Assembly (NCBI GenBank): GCA_017480385.1
Contig: JAFVAT010000028.1
Span: forward strand, 69,936-133,935
Direction: 5' to 3'
Length of the DNA: 64,000 nt
DNA from: Alphaproteobacteria bacterium
GTDB taxonomy: Bacteria; Pseudomonadota; Alphaproteobacteria; CAAGCB01; CAG-977
Below, in pieces: positions 21,611 to 30,913 of the stretch. The translations under genes were made by a program, and so were the position numbers. Position 1 is the first letter of the stretch; each line of letters starts with the position of its first letter. The notes below the pieces were generated by a model. The model made no database searches. It had not been told where the DNA came from and saw only the letters and a program-made list of their open reading frames with translations.

Positions 21611-22504
21611 ATGAAAAACAATCCGTCCGGAATCCCTTTTGACAAGCCGCCTTTATCCAATAAAGAAATAATCCGCCTGCTTTCCGAACAGGGAATGATT
21701 ATCGACGATCCGAAGCGTGCCGAACATTATCTGGATTTCATCTCCTATTACCGCTTATCCGTTTATATGTTGCCGTTCCAAGACGAACGCCATTCTTTCA
21801 AAAAGCCCGCTTCATTCGAAAAGATTTTGCGGCTTTATTCGTTTGACCGCCGGTTGCGCCTTTTATCTATGGACGCTCTGGAACGGATCGAAGTCGCGTT
21901 CAGAACCGTGATCGTGAATTGCCTATCCGAAAAATGCGGCGCATTCTGGCTGAAAAATCCGGATTGTTTTCACGATAAGAATAAACGCAATACGCAAGCG
22001 TCCATGCTTGAAGAAATCCGGAAACAGATCGAACAGCAGAAAACCGCTCCGAGCCTGGAGCATTATTATCAAACGTATTCCGCCCCGGAAATCCCTCCAG
22101 CGTGGATTGTTTTTGAAATCCTGCCGTTCGGATGCGTTTCCCGAATTTACGAAAACCTGAAACGTCCCTACAGAAAAGCCGTGGCGGAAAAATTCGGCAT
22201 AGAGGAATCCATTTTGCAGTCCTGGTTTCACGCTCTGTCCGTTTTGCGTAATTCGTGCGCGCACCATTCCCGCATCTGGAACAGAAAATATCCTTTCAAA
22301 ATCAAAAAAGCGAACGCTTTTCCGGAACTGGACACGGCGGAACGGTTTTACAGTTTTGCTTTAATCATTAACATCCTGTTGAACAGAATTGTTCAAACGC
22401 CGACCTGGACGTTGCGACTGAAAGAAACAATCAACGAATTTTCGGATGTCGTCAATCCGGTTCAAATGGGCTACCCTGCCGATCAGGATAAAAACGACCG
22501 TTAA
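21611..22504 (+). CDS. Abi_2 (AbiD/AbiF-like) abortive-infection family protein
   Basis: N-terminal region AEHYLDFISYYRLSVYMLPFQ and overall ~300-aa size are characteristic of the Abi_2 family. Confidence 0.7.
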   Translation: MKNNPSGIPFDKPPLSNKEIIRLLSEQGMIIDDPKRAEHYLDFISYYRLSVYMLPFQDERHSFKKPASFEKILRLYSFDRRLRLLSMDALERIEVAFRTVIVNCLSEKCGAFWLKNPDCFHDKNKRNTQASMLEEIRKQIEQQKTAPSLEHYYQTYSAPEIPPAWIVFEILPFGCVSRIYENLKRPYRKAVAEKFGIEESILQSWFHALSVLRNSCAHHSRIWNRKYPFKIKKANAFPELDTAERFYSFALIINILLNRIVQTPTWTLRLKETINEFSDVVNPVQMGYPADQDKNDR

Positions 22505-22533
22505 CGGTGCGGGGAAAATATCGGCTTCAACCT

Positions 22534-22589
22534 TATCAATGCCTTCTTTACAAAAACCGCTTTTCATTATAAAACTGTCGGCAACAAAC
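22534..22589 (+). repeat. 56-bp direct repeat, copy B (immediately upstream of lysK)
   Basis: tatcaatgccttctttacaaaaaccgcttttcattataaaactgtcggcaacaaac. Confidence 0.85.
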
Positions 22590-22617
22590 CTTAACTTTTT
22601 ATCAGAGGTGAAACACT

Positions 22618-24201
22618 ATGGATTCCGCAATCGCAATGACCGCCAATGCCTGGCCGTTTGAAGAAGCCCGCGCTTTGTACAATGAAAAGCTGGGCGGCAA
22701 AGTTCCCGAAAAGGGCTACGTCCTGTTTGAAACGGGATACGGTCCGTCCGGTCTGCCGCATATCGGCACGTTCGGTGAAGTCGCCCGCACGACGATGGTG
22801 ATGAACGCTTTCAAAACGCTTTATCCCGACGTGCCCGTGCGTCTGTTCTGCGTGTCCGACGATATGGACGGTCTGCGCAAAGTCCCCGATAATATTCCCA
22901 ACAAAGAAATGGTAGGGCAATACCTCGGCAAACCTTTAACAAAGATCCCCGATCCGTTCGGCTGCCATGACAGCTTCGGGCATCACAACAACGATTGTCT
23001 GAAAGCTTTTCTGGACAAGTTCGGTTTCACCTACGAATTCAAGTCGGCGACCGAGCTTTATACGACAGGCGTCTATGACAAAGCCCTGCTGAAAGTGTTG
23101 GAAAATTATGAAAAGATCATCAACGTCATTCTGCCGACTTTGGGCGAGGAACGCCGCTCGACCTATTCCCCTTTCCTGCCGGTGTCGCCGAAGACAGGCA
23201 ACGTCCTGCAAGTCGCAATGACGAAAATCGACAAGGAAAACGGTACCCTTTCCTTTATCGACGAAGACGGCACAGAAACGACCGTCCCCGTTACAGGCGG
23301 CCATTGCAAATTACAATGGAAAGCCGACTGGGCGATGCGATGGTACGCTTTAGGCGTCGACTATGAAATGTCGGGCAAAGACCTGATGGAATCCGTCAAG
23401 CTGTCAAGCAAGATCTGCCGCATTCTGGGCGGAGTGCCGCCGAAAAACCTGACGTACGAGCTGTTTTTGGACGAGAAAGGCGAAAAAATCTCCAAGTCCA
23501 AAGGAAATGGCTTGTCAATGGAAGAATGGCTGAAGTACGCTCCGGCGGAATCGCTGTCTTTGTTTATGTATCAGAAGCCAAAGACGGCAAAGCGGCTGTA
23601 CTTCGACGTGATTCCCCGCGCGACCGACGAATATCTGAACTTTATCAGCGCTTACGGTCGTCAGGAGGACAAGGACAAAATCAACAATCCCGTCTGGCAC
23701 ATTCATAATGGCAACCCGCCGAAGCCGGAAACGGGCTTGTCGTTCGGCATTCTGCTAAACCTCGTCAGCGTCTGCCATTCCGAAGACCCCGCCGCAATCT
23801 GGAAATATATCACCAGCTACGCGCCGGAAGCTTCGCCTGAAAAATGCCCGAACCTGTCACGGCTTGTCCCCTATGCGATCGCTTATTACAACGACTTTGT
23901 GAAGCCGACGCAGAAGTACCGCCTGCCGACCGAAGGGGAAACAACCGCTTTGAACGATTTGAAAGCGGCTCTGGAACAGCTGGACGCGCACACATCGGCG
24001 GAAGACACGCAAACGCTGGTCTATGAAATCGGCAAGAAATACTACGCCGACGATTTGAAAGCGTGGTTCAAAGTGATGTATGAAACGCTGTTGGGGCAAT
24101 CGACCGGCCCCCGTATGGGGTCCTTCATCGCGCTGTACGGCATCAAGGAAACCATCGCTTTGATTGCCGACGCCGTTGACGGCAAACTGGCAAACGGATA
24201 A
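22618..24201 (+). CDS. lysK: lysine--tRNA ligase, class I type
   Basis: Class I architecture: HIGH-like GLPHIGT near the N-terminus and KMSKS-like KISKSKGNG. Unlike class II LysRS. SD AGAGGTG. Confidence 0.88.
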   Translation: MDSAIAMTANAWPFEEARALYNEKLGGKVPEKGYVLFETGYGPSGLPHIGTFGEVARTTMVMNAFKTLYPDVPVRLFCVSDDMDGLRKVPDNIPNKEMVGQYLGKPLTKIPDPFGCHDSFGHHNNDCLKAFLDKFGFTYEFKSATELYTTGVYDKALLKVLENYEKIINVILPTLGEERRSTYSPFLPVSPKTGNVLQVAMTKIDKENGTLSFIDEDGTETTVPVTGGHCKLQWKADWAMRWYALGVDYEMSGKDLMESVKLSSKICRILGGVPPKNLTYELFLDEKGEKISKSKGNGLSMEEWLKYAPAESLSLFMYQKPKTAKRLYFDVIPRATDEYLNFISAYGRQEDKDKINNPVWHIHNGNPPKPETGLSFGILLNLVSVCHSEDPAAIWKYITSYAPEASPEKCPNLSRLVPYAIAYYNDFVKPTQKYRLPTEGETTALNDLKAALEQLDAHTSAEDTQTLVYEIGKKYYADDLKAWFKVMYETLLGQSTGPRMGSFIALYGIKETIALIADAVDGKLANG

Positions 24202-24219
24202 TTAACTCAAATAAAAAAA

Positions 24220-24247
24220 GGACTCTTTTTCAAAGAGTTCTTTTTTA
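24220..24247 (+). terminator. rho-independent terminator after lysK
   Basis: ggactcttt ttc aaagagttc hairpin followed by a T-run. Confidence 0.5.
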
Positions 24248-24337
24248 TTCAGATGCATTTTTATGCATAAACACCCCCTTGTTTTTGACAAAAAACCGAT
24301 CTATAATAGACAAAATTTTGTTTTATGGAGCGCCATT

Positions 24338-25072
24338 ATGCCTGCAAAAAAAGATGAAAACTATAAAATAACGTTATATCTTGACACGCCTAAAGCAATG
24401 ATGCGTCCTTTTAAGGATTTTGAAAAACACAACCATTTAGTCAGTTTAATCTTGGATCAGTCTTTAGATCCGGTAGCTTTTACGGGACATGCTTTTATCG
24501 GTTTGACCGATGCAAATGGCAAAGAAGAACGCTGGGGTTACACATGCGAAGAAGCCGCTTTGTTCAGAGCTTTGCGCGGCATGCCAGGTAAAATGGTACA
24601 GGAGGAATATGACACTCCTTATAACGAAGCGATTGTTTGGAACATCTCCAAAAGTCAGTATTTCGCGGCGAAAAGAGCTGTTGCCAAGCAATTAAAACAC
24701 CCCGGTACGTATAAACTTTTTGATAAAAACTGTGCCACGGTAGCCGCCGGCGTTTTAAAAGCGGCCAAAGTTCCGGACAGACCGGAAGGCAAACTGGCCC
24801 TGACCCCGCATGGCATGGTGATCAAAAAACGTATGATGTTGGCAAAACGCCGTTTGGAAACGGCTAAGTTCAAAATCAGAAATTTGTTCAATGGCTTGAC
24901 CGGCAAGGAAAAAGTGCCGAATTCGGAATTGCTGGACTCTTTAAAATCCAAACCGCTTCCCGTTCCTTTGGACAATGGCATGAAAGCTTTTAAACAGGGC
25001 TTCAGAAAAAAAGAGCTGCAGCCATTAGACCTGAACAAAGTCATCGCTTCAATTTCTCATATTCGGTCTTAG
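24338..25072 (+). CDS. hypothetical protein (possible His...Cys hydrolase fold)
   Basis: Likely start MPAKKDEN (GGAGCG 6 bp upstream). Conserved-looking FTGHAFIGL and FDKNCATVA blocks. Function unknown. Confidence 0.4.
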   Translation: MPAKKDENYKITLYLDTPKAMMRPFKDFEKHNHLVSLILDQSLDPVAFTGHAFIGLTDANGKEERWGYTCEEAALFRALRGMPGKMVQEEYDTPYNEAIVWNISKSQYFAAKRAVAKQLKHPGTYKLFDKNCATVAAGVLKAAKVPDRPEGKLALTPHGMVIKKRMMLAKRRLETAKFKIRNLFNGLTGKEKVPNSELLDSLKSKPLPVPLDNGMKAFKQGFRKKELQPLDLNKVIASISHIRS

Positions 25073-25614
25073 ACTTGCTTTTTTTCGTTTTTATCAGGGG
25101 ACTTTCTCTTATTTGAGAAAGTCTTCTTTTTCTTTGACAGGAAATATCCTCAAAAAAATGAATCGGCTGCAAATGCCGACTAAAGATTATCAATACTGCA
25201 GAAAAAACGATAAAAACAGCAAAAATACATACCGAACTCGGCTGAAAGTAAATGCTTTATCAAATTCATCAACTCTGAAATCTATCCGTCCCGATCCCGC
25301 TGTCTGCCGAAAACAGCAAAGATATAGACAGATCGTTATATGCTGTTCTTTTTTTTCAGGACATCTGACGAACATCCCGATTCGTCGTTTGGCACAGCAA
25401 AGAATTAAGTAAATCTCTGTAATGCGAAAAACCCGCCGAGCGGACGGATTGTTTTTGCACGAAAAGCATACTTTTTCAATATTTGATAATCAGTTAAAAA
25501 CAATTTTACAATTAAACGTTTCATATAAAAAATTTAAGACCGTTTAAAAAGATATAAATTAAAGTAATTAATTTTTTAAATAGGGCATTTTGTTACAGTT
25601 TTATTAAAAATATA

Positions 25615-25628
25615 CCCCCCCCCCCCCC
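25615..25628 (+). repeat. homopolymeric C14 tract, 73 bp upstream of the Cys-rich protein start codon (candidate slipped-strand phase-variation switch)
   Basis: tataCCCCCCCCCCCCCCat read directly. Lies in the AT-rich putative promoter region. Confidence 0.9.
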
Positions 25629-25701
25629 ATATTGTTCTTTAAAAAGGCGGTTTTTAGGCGTTTTATTGATCCATCACTTTATTTTCGAGGGGGATTTCAT
25701 T

Positions 25702-26772
25702 ATGAAAACTTTTTTTGTCTTCTTACTGCTCTCTTGTTCCTTGGCATTCAATGCACAAGCAGAGCAATTCTTATCCAATGACTCTTTCCAATTAGCAAAA
25801 GCCTTTAAATTAGGCCGAGATACTGATTTAGGAGGAGGTTTTTCCGCTTCCAGACTGACGGTAAAGTCTAAAAATTCATATCAAACTTCAAGCTCGTCTT
25901 CAGCGCGTCAAACCTGTGATTCAAACTGCAAACAATGTGACGCAAGAATCGGACAATGCCACCTCTGCAAAACGGGATTTTTCCTGAATAACAACAGATG
26001 CATCGCTTGTCCGGAAAACTCCTCTTGCTCCGGCAGAAAATTTACATGTGACGCTGGATTTTTCAAACAAAATCTATCTTGTCTTTCCTGTAATACACTC
26101 AGTGTGGAAAACGGATTTTGCGATGATTGCAACGATAAAGGAGAATGCACTCTCTCCGGTTGCTATGCCGGATACTATAAAGCGGACAAAAGCTGCCTCT
26201 CCTGTTCCTCCATTAAAGTGGAAAACGGTACCTGTAAAAACTGTGATAATGAAGGAATTTGTACGGATTTTTCCTGTGACTATCAATCCACTTTCAACGG
26301 CACTTCCTGTGTCAAAGATGTTATTTGGAGTCCGTGTAATCCTTATAACAACGAATGGGGCGGAATAAACGGAAGATACGGTTGGACAAACTCCACTGGG
26401 GCGCACTCTTGGAATTATGACGGCGAACATACAATTCCCTCAGATGCCTGGTGTTGGGACGGATACGGCATGACTGCAACAATCAATGTTCCTGACGGCG
26501 CTAATTATCCCGCCATAGCTATTCGCTTCTGGAGCAGAGTAACTGTCAATGGCTCATTTTCAACGAAGTATTTAAACATTGATATGTCAAGCCATAACAC
26601 TGGCGGCACAAAAATTATTACTTTCAACGATCCTGTCACTGCTGAAAAAATCATTTTCGCTTCCAAGCTAGGAACTTTAGTGTTTAATGGCGGACTGAAC
26701 GGAAATCCCTCTTGTGCGGTAAAGGACGGATGGTGCCATTGCACTGCAACAAAATGCGTTATTGACGGATAA
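25702..26772 (+). CDS. secreted cysteine-rich repeat protein (furin-like/ephrin-receptor-like CxxCxxG[FY] repeats) with C-terminal beta-rich domain
   Basis: Signal peptide MKTFFVFLLLSCSLAFNAQA. At least five tandem modules of the form C-x2-C-x2-G-F/Y-F/Y-x4-7-C-x2-C (for example CHLCKTGFFLNNNRCIACPENSSC). SD GAGGGGG. Confidence 0.7.
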   Translation: MKTFFVFLLLSCSLAFNAQAEQFLSNDSFQLAKAFKLGRDTDLGGGFSASRLTVKSKNSYQTSSSSSARQTCDSNCKQCDARIGQCHLCKTGFFLNNNRCIACPENSSCSGRKFTCDAGFFKQNLSCLSCNTLSVENGFCDDCNDKGECTLSGCYAGYYKADKSCLSCSSIKVENGTCKNCDNEGICTDFSCDYQSTFNGTSCVKDVIWSPCNPYNNEWGGINGRYGWTNSTGAHSWNYDGEHTIPSDAWCWDGYGMTATINVPDGANYPAIAIRFWSRVTVNGSFSTKYLNIDMSSHNTGGTKIITFNDPVTAEKIIFASKLGTLVFNGGLNGNPSCAVKDGWCHCTATKCVIDG

Positions 26773-26804
26773 CTTTCCCTGCAGACTTTAAAATCTGCAA
26801 ATGC

Positions 26805-26845
26805 AAACCGGTAGAGATTGAATCCCTCTGCCGGTTTCTTTTTTT
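26805..26845 (+). terminator. rho-independent terminator
   Basis: aaaccggtagag...ctctgccggttt hairpin plus T8. Confidence 0.5.
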
Positions 26846-26936
26846 ATCTTCTAAAAAATAAGTCGCGGGCACAATCCGGCTGTATAAATTTAATGGAGCG
26901 GCGCAATACTTGGTCGGAAAGACGGCTTAAATTGTT

Positions 26937-27446
26937 TTAACCGGACAAATTCGGCCTTTTTCTATTTTTAAGAAAAGCTGCAAAATTGCTGATAATCACA
27001 AATATTTCCACCAATCCTGCCCAATTTTTAATGCTAATCTGATATCCCAGATACAAAAAACAGTTCAGACCGCCTATAAAGCGTATCTTTTGCGGCGACA
27101 GCCACCAAACACAGAAAAGATATATCGAAGAACTTAAAAACACCAAAACGGAGGACAATCCGGCGTATGTGTAAAATAAAACGAAGCAATACGATCCTTG
27201 GAACAAAAGAAAAAATGACATCCATTTCTTGTTATATTTTTCTTTGATGTTTGCGACAATCAGCCAGATGAACATCAAAACGAAAGACCATACTCCGGTC
27301 ATTGAGCCCAAACAATACAGCCCCAGAACGGTAAAAACTTTAGAAACCAAATCCAGCAACAGCATTTGCTGCTTTGTCTTCATAAAACGGCTGACGCAAT
27401 AACACACATAGTTGATCAGCGTGAAAAAATAGCCCCAAAAAATCAT
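26937..27446 (-). CDS. hypothetical multi-pass membrane protein
   Basis: 169 aa with about five hydrophobic helices. Confidence 0.5.
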   Translation of the reverse strand: MIFWGYFFTLINYVCYCVSRFMKTKQQMLLLDLVSKVFTVLGLYCLGSMTGVWSFVLMFIWLIVANIKEKYNKKWMSFFLLFQGSYCFVLFYTYAGLSSVLVFLSSSIYLFCVWWLSPQKIRFIGGLNCFLYLGYQISIKNWAGLVEIFVIISNFAAFLKNRKRPNLSG

Positions 27447-27601
27447 TACCCGGTCCCGCAGACAAACACATTTTCGCCTTTTTATCTCATATGAATTGCC
27501 GGAAACAATACAAAAAGAAGAATTTTATTATTTTTTTCAAATCCGTTATTTTTATGATTGACAGCACAAAAAAATAGGCTATATTTCTTTTTGTTTTGAG
27601 T

Positions 27602-27688
27602 GCCCCTGTGGCGGAACTGGTAGACGCGGCAGACTCAAAATCTGTTGTCCTTCAAGACGTGCTGGTTCGATTCCGGCCAGGGGCACCA
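27602..27688 (+). tRNA. tRNA-Leu (anticodon CAA), CCA encoded
   Basis: Acceptor stem GCCCCTG/CAGGGGC; anticodon loop ctCAAaa; long variable arm; T-arm GGTTCGATTCC; 3' ACCA. Confidence 0.88.
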
Positions 27689-27695
27689 TAAAAAA

Positions 27696-27719
27696 GACAC
27701 CCTTCGGGGTGTTTTTTTT
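27696..27719 (+). terminator. rho-independent terminator after tRNA-Leu
   Basis: acaccc ttcg gggtgt hairpin plus T8. Confidence 0.6.
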
Positions 27720-27813
27720 ATGGTTGTTTCTGTGTTTGAAGCGAACAGGTCTGTTCGGAATCGGAGCGAAGCGGAGATGAAAGGGACCCGCTTGCGGGAA
27801 TTGCCATTCAGGT

Positions 27814-27829
27814 CAGGGGCACCATAAAA
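27814..27829 (+). repeat. 16-bp direct repeat of the tRNA-Leu 3' end (caggggcaccataaaa), att-like scar, followed by a second terminator hairpin
   Basis: Identical to 27678-27693; flanking context also similar (ggtcagggg vs ggccagggg). Confidence 0.55.
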
Positions 27830-27968
27830 TAAAGCCTTGAGAAATCAGGGCTTTTTTTTATTGCCCAAAACTTTCGCCGCAGCGAAATCCTTGCTTTGAA
27901 AAATCACCGTTGCAACCTCTTTGCAACCGGTTTCTGAAATCGAAAGGCGGGATCGCTCCCGCCTTATG

Positions 27969-30911
27969 TTATAAATCCAACTCGCCCGTGACGCTTTGTT
28001 TCTTTAACGAAACATAAGTCAGGATTTCTTTGATTGTCGCGCCGTTTCTTTTCCAACCGTAGAAAGTCGTTTCGTCCAGCAAGGCATACTTCCATTCGGC
28101 GTTCATTCTGTCTTCTTCGGACAGAGCGTTGATTTTTTCCACCCAATCCAAAGCCCCCAACTGTTTTTTCTTCACGTTCGCGTCATTGGCGGCATCTTTG
28201 TCGGACTTTGTTTCGACCACAAAGATTTCATTTCCGCATTTGACGAGAAAATCGGGATAATAGGACGACAGCATACCGTCCGTTCTCAAATAGCGCAGAT
28301 GGGCGAAAGTATGCTTGTTTTCGTTGATTTTGACAAAGCGTTCCACGCCCGTGTCCGCATCGCAGGCAATCATAAAGTCCTTTTCAAGCCCACCTCTGTT
28401 GGACGGATATGCCGTTTTTTCATAGATCGTCTTCACCAAATCAAGCGCGAAGTTTTCACGCATGGAAAGTTTATCGACCTGAGAAAACCATTCTTTCAAA
28501 ACGACGGCTTCTGTGACATCGACCTTGTTTTGCATTTCATAGACGGCTTTGCTAAACTCGCGCATAATATGTTCGACGATGTTCGCCTTCGATATCATCA
28601 ACACACGCCAGTTATTGCTCTGCATCGGATCGAACGGACAGTCGAACAGCCGCGTGCGGATGTATTTGTCGATCGTTCTGACAAGAACGGCGTGATTCAT
28701 CGCCATCAACGGCAGAGGCTTTCCCCGCCCGTCCGCGCCGAAGCGGTTGATATTGCCGCAAATAACGGTCAGCAGTTTTTGCAGAAAGTCGTTGTATGTT
28801 TGCGCGGTGAACAGGTCGGCTTTGACCTTGTATTCGCCGTAATTCGTCTGCACCATCATATCTTTGGAATAGAACGTTTCCGCTCCTGCCGCCGCCATCA
28901 TCTTTTGCAGTTGCTCCAACCGGTGGGTCTGCAAAGGACGCAAAGAGGAAACGGGGATTTCGACGTCCGCCATGATTTCTTCCTTTTCGTGCAGGATAAC
29001 GGGCCAGAACAAATCGTAACCGGCAAAGTTTTCTTTCAGTCCGACCGTTATCAAATCGCCGAGGACACTTTCCCTGTTCGCGCGATCGGAAGTGTCTTCG
29101 ATGACGATATCCTTGTCCAAATCTTCATAGAACCGCTCGAAAGCGGGGTGTTCGACAATGCTTAAAATGTCCAGATAGTTGGCGGGCGCGGTTTTCTTTT
29201 CATACAGATTGACCAGATTTTCGCGCTTGATGTCTTCGTATTCCCTGCCCCGCCACATCAGCCGCAAGCCGCGTCCGATGACCTGTTCCAACAGAATCGG
29301 AGCCTCGCTGGAACGCAAAGGAACGATCACGCACACGTTCGACACGTCGAAGCCTTCGCGCAACATCAACACGGAAACGATGACTTTCGGCTTGGCGTGC
29401 TTGTCCAGATTGAACAGCCGCCGCTTGACGGTTTCCCATTCGGCGGGAGCGATCTGCCCTTTCTTATTGGAATCGATCGTCATAACGTCGTCGTCTTCAA
29501 GCCCCTCGGTTTTCAGAAAATCCTCGACAAACGGCGTAACGGAAGTGTCTTCGCAGATCACGAGCATTTTCGGGTGCTTGGAGGAATCAAAGTCGGTGAA
29601 ATGCTTTTCCAAAATCCGCAGTTTGGACAACCCCGCGCGCAACATCAGCCTTTGCCCCTCGGACAAAGCGACGACTTTTTTGCCGTCGCGCACCGCCTTA
29701 AAGTCGATTTCCGAATTTTCCAGACTGGCGATTTCCTTACGTTTATCCAAAGCGATCGCCTTGACCAAGGCGCTTTTGACGGCTGTTTTCAGGGCGAAAT
29801 CGACAATGACGTGCGGAAAGTAATGCTTTGTCCGCCGCTGTCCGCTCCCCGTCACGTCGTAAGGAGTGGCGGAAAAGTCGATTTGAACAAAGTTCCGTCC
29901 CTTGCCTTCGGAGATTTTGTTCATCGCCTCCTGCCATTCGACATCGGACACGATGCCGTCCGTCTTGTTTTCGTGGATGTGATGCGCTTCGTCGTTGAAC
30001 ACGCAAATATCGGGCAGAGAAACCAGATATTCCAATTCCCCGCCGTTCAGAATACGCCTGTCGATCGCGTTCAGATCGTGTCCCGCCGTCGTCCCCGGCG
30101 TGATCGGCAACAAATCCTTAATGATGCTGCGCCCGTCTTCCAAAGCGGCGGAAGCGGTAACGGAAGCGTCTTCTTTGTCGTCTTCGTCGCCGCTTAACAA
30201 GTGCCAGTTCGTCACGGCGATAATGCCCTCTCCCGTGACTTTGCGCCCGATGTCGCGCTTTTCGCACACGGCGTTTTGCAAAAAGGAAAAGACCGCCTCC
30301 CGATACCGTTCGGGCAGGAACAAGTCAACGTTTTGCACGATGTCGGCGGTGTAAAAATCGCGCGTCCCGTCGGGGGAAAGTTTCCCTTTGAACGCATCCA
30401 GCAAGCGGTCATAGACGATCAGCCCCGGCGCGACCACCAGAAAGTTTTTCGTGTATTTCTGTTCCGTTGTCTCTCCGTATTTTGCGTTCAGGTATTGCCA
30501 GATCAATAAAGCGTTCAGCACCCACGTTTTCCCCGTTCCCGTCGCCATTTTGACGCAGTATTTCGGAAAGGCGTATTTGTCCTTTTGCAAAGTCGGCAGG
30601 AAATCGGCATCCAAAACGTCTTCGCCCGTCATTTGACCGACGGCGGCATATAAATCGAACACGTCCGCCGCTTTTAAGACTTCGTGACAATAAACGGCAT
30701 TTAAGATCGCCTGCTTCTGCCCGATGTGAAAGTTGCGGGAACGTTCCTGACAAAACACGTCCTCAAACCAATAGCGCAACAAGTCCGCCGTGACGGGCGT
30801 CACCTGACGCAACAGGGATTTATCCTCCCACGCCCGATTGACGACATAGGTCAAAGCGGCGACAAATTTTAAAGGAATGTCGCGCGTTCCCGTATTCAAC
30901 AAATTCGCCAT
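27969..30911 (-). CDS. res: Type III restriction enzyme Res subunit (SF2 helicase-nuclease)
   Basis: Walker A MATGTGKT and DEAH-like box VFNDEAHH. Start MANLLNTG is 3 bp after the mod stop, with GGAGGT SD. Confidence 0.82.
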   Translation of the reverse strand: MANLLNTGTRDIPLKFVAALTYVVNRAWEDKSLLRQVTPVTADLLRYWFEDVFCQERSRNFHIGQKQAILNAVYCHEVLKAADVFDLYAAVGQMTGEDVLDADFLPTLQKDKYAFPKYCVKMATGTGKTWVLNALLIWQYLNAKYGETTEQKYTKNFLVVAPGLIVYDRLLDAFKGKLSPDGTRDFYTADIVQNVDLFLPERYREAVFSFLQNAVCEKRDIGRKVTGEGIIAVTNWHLLSGDEDDKEDASVTASAALEDGRSIIKDLLPITPGTTAGHDLNAIDRRILNGGELEYLVSLPDICVFNDEAHHIHENKTDGIVSDVEWQEAMNKISEGKGRNFVQIDFSATPYDVTGSGQRRTKHYFPHVIVDFALKTAVKSALVKAIALDKRKEIASLENSEIDFKAVRDGKKVVALSEGQRLMLRAGLSKLRILEKHFTDFDSSKHPKMLVICEDTSVTPFVEDFLKTEGLEDDDVMTIDSNKKGQIAPAEWETVKRRLFNLDKHAKPKVIVSVLMLREGFDVSNVCVIVPLRSSEAPILLEQVIGRGLRLMWRGREYEDIKRENLVNLYEKKTAPANYLDILSIVEHPAFERFYEDLDKDIVIEDTSDRANRESVLGDLITVGLKENFAGYDLFWPVILHEKEEIMADVEIPVSSLRPLQTHRLEQLQKMMAAAGAETFYSKDMMVQTNYGEYKVKADLFTAQTYNDFLQKLLTVICGNINRFGADGRGKPLPLMAMNHAVLVRTIDKYIRTRLFDCPFDPMQSNNWRVLMISKANIVEHIMREFSKAVYEMQNKVDVTEAVVLKEWFSQVDKLSMRENFALDLVKTIYEKTAYPSNRGGLEKDFMIACDADTGVERFVKINENKHTFAHLRYLRTDGMLSSYYPDFLVKCGNEIFVVETKSDKDAANDANVKKKQLGALDWVEKINALSEEDRMNAEWKYALLDETTFYGWKRNGATIKEILTYVSLKKQSVTGELDL

Positions 30912-30913
30912 TG

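Noticed and set aside
22446-22661. 71-aa ORF spanning the Abi stop, the 56-bp repeat and the lysK start
   Set aside because: It is merely a translation of the duplicated non-coding leader repeat; it overlaps two real genes in other frames.
24285-24307. TTGACA ... TATAAT pair upstream of the 24338 gene
   Set aside because: The spacer is only 11 nt, too short for a functional sigma70-type promoter. Likewise the TTGACA at 50893 and the TATAAT after it have a 12-nt spacer.
25113-25412. 99-aa ORF in the 600-bp gap before the poly-C tract
   Set aside because: Basic, low-complexity translation with no SD and no coding periodicity; the region is more likely promoter or regulatory DNA for the Cys-rich gene.
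27721-27831. Possible second tRNA or pseudo-tRNA after tRNA-Leu (ends in ...caggggcacca)
   Set aside because: Only the last ~16-20 nt match the tRNA 3' end. No D-arm, anticodon stem or T-arm (GGTTCGAATCC-like) can be folded. Interpreted as an att-type partial duplication instead.
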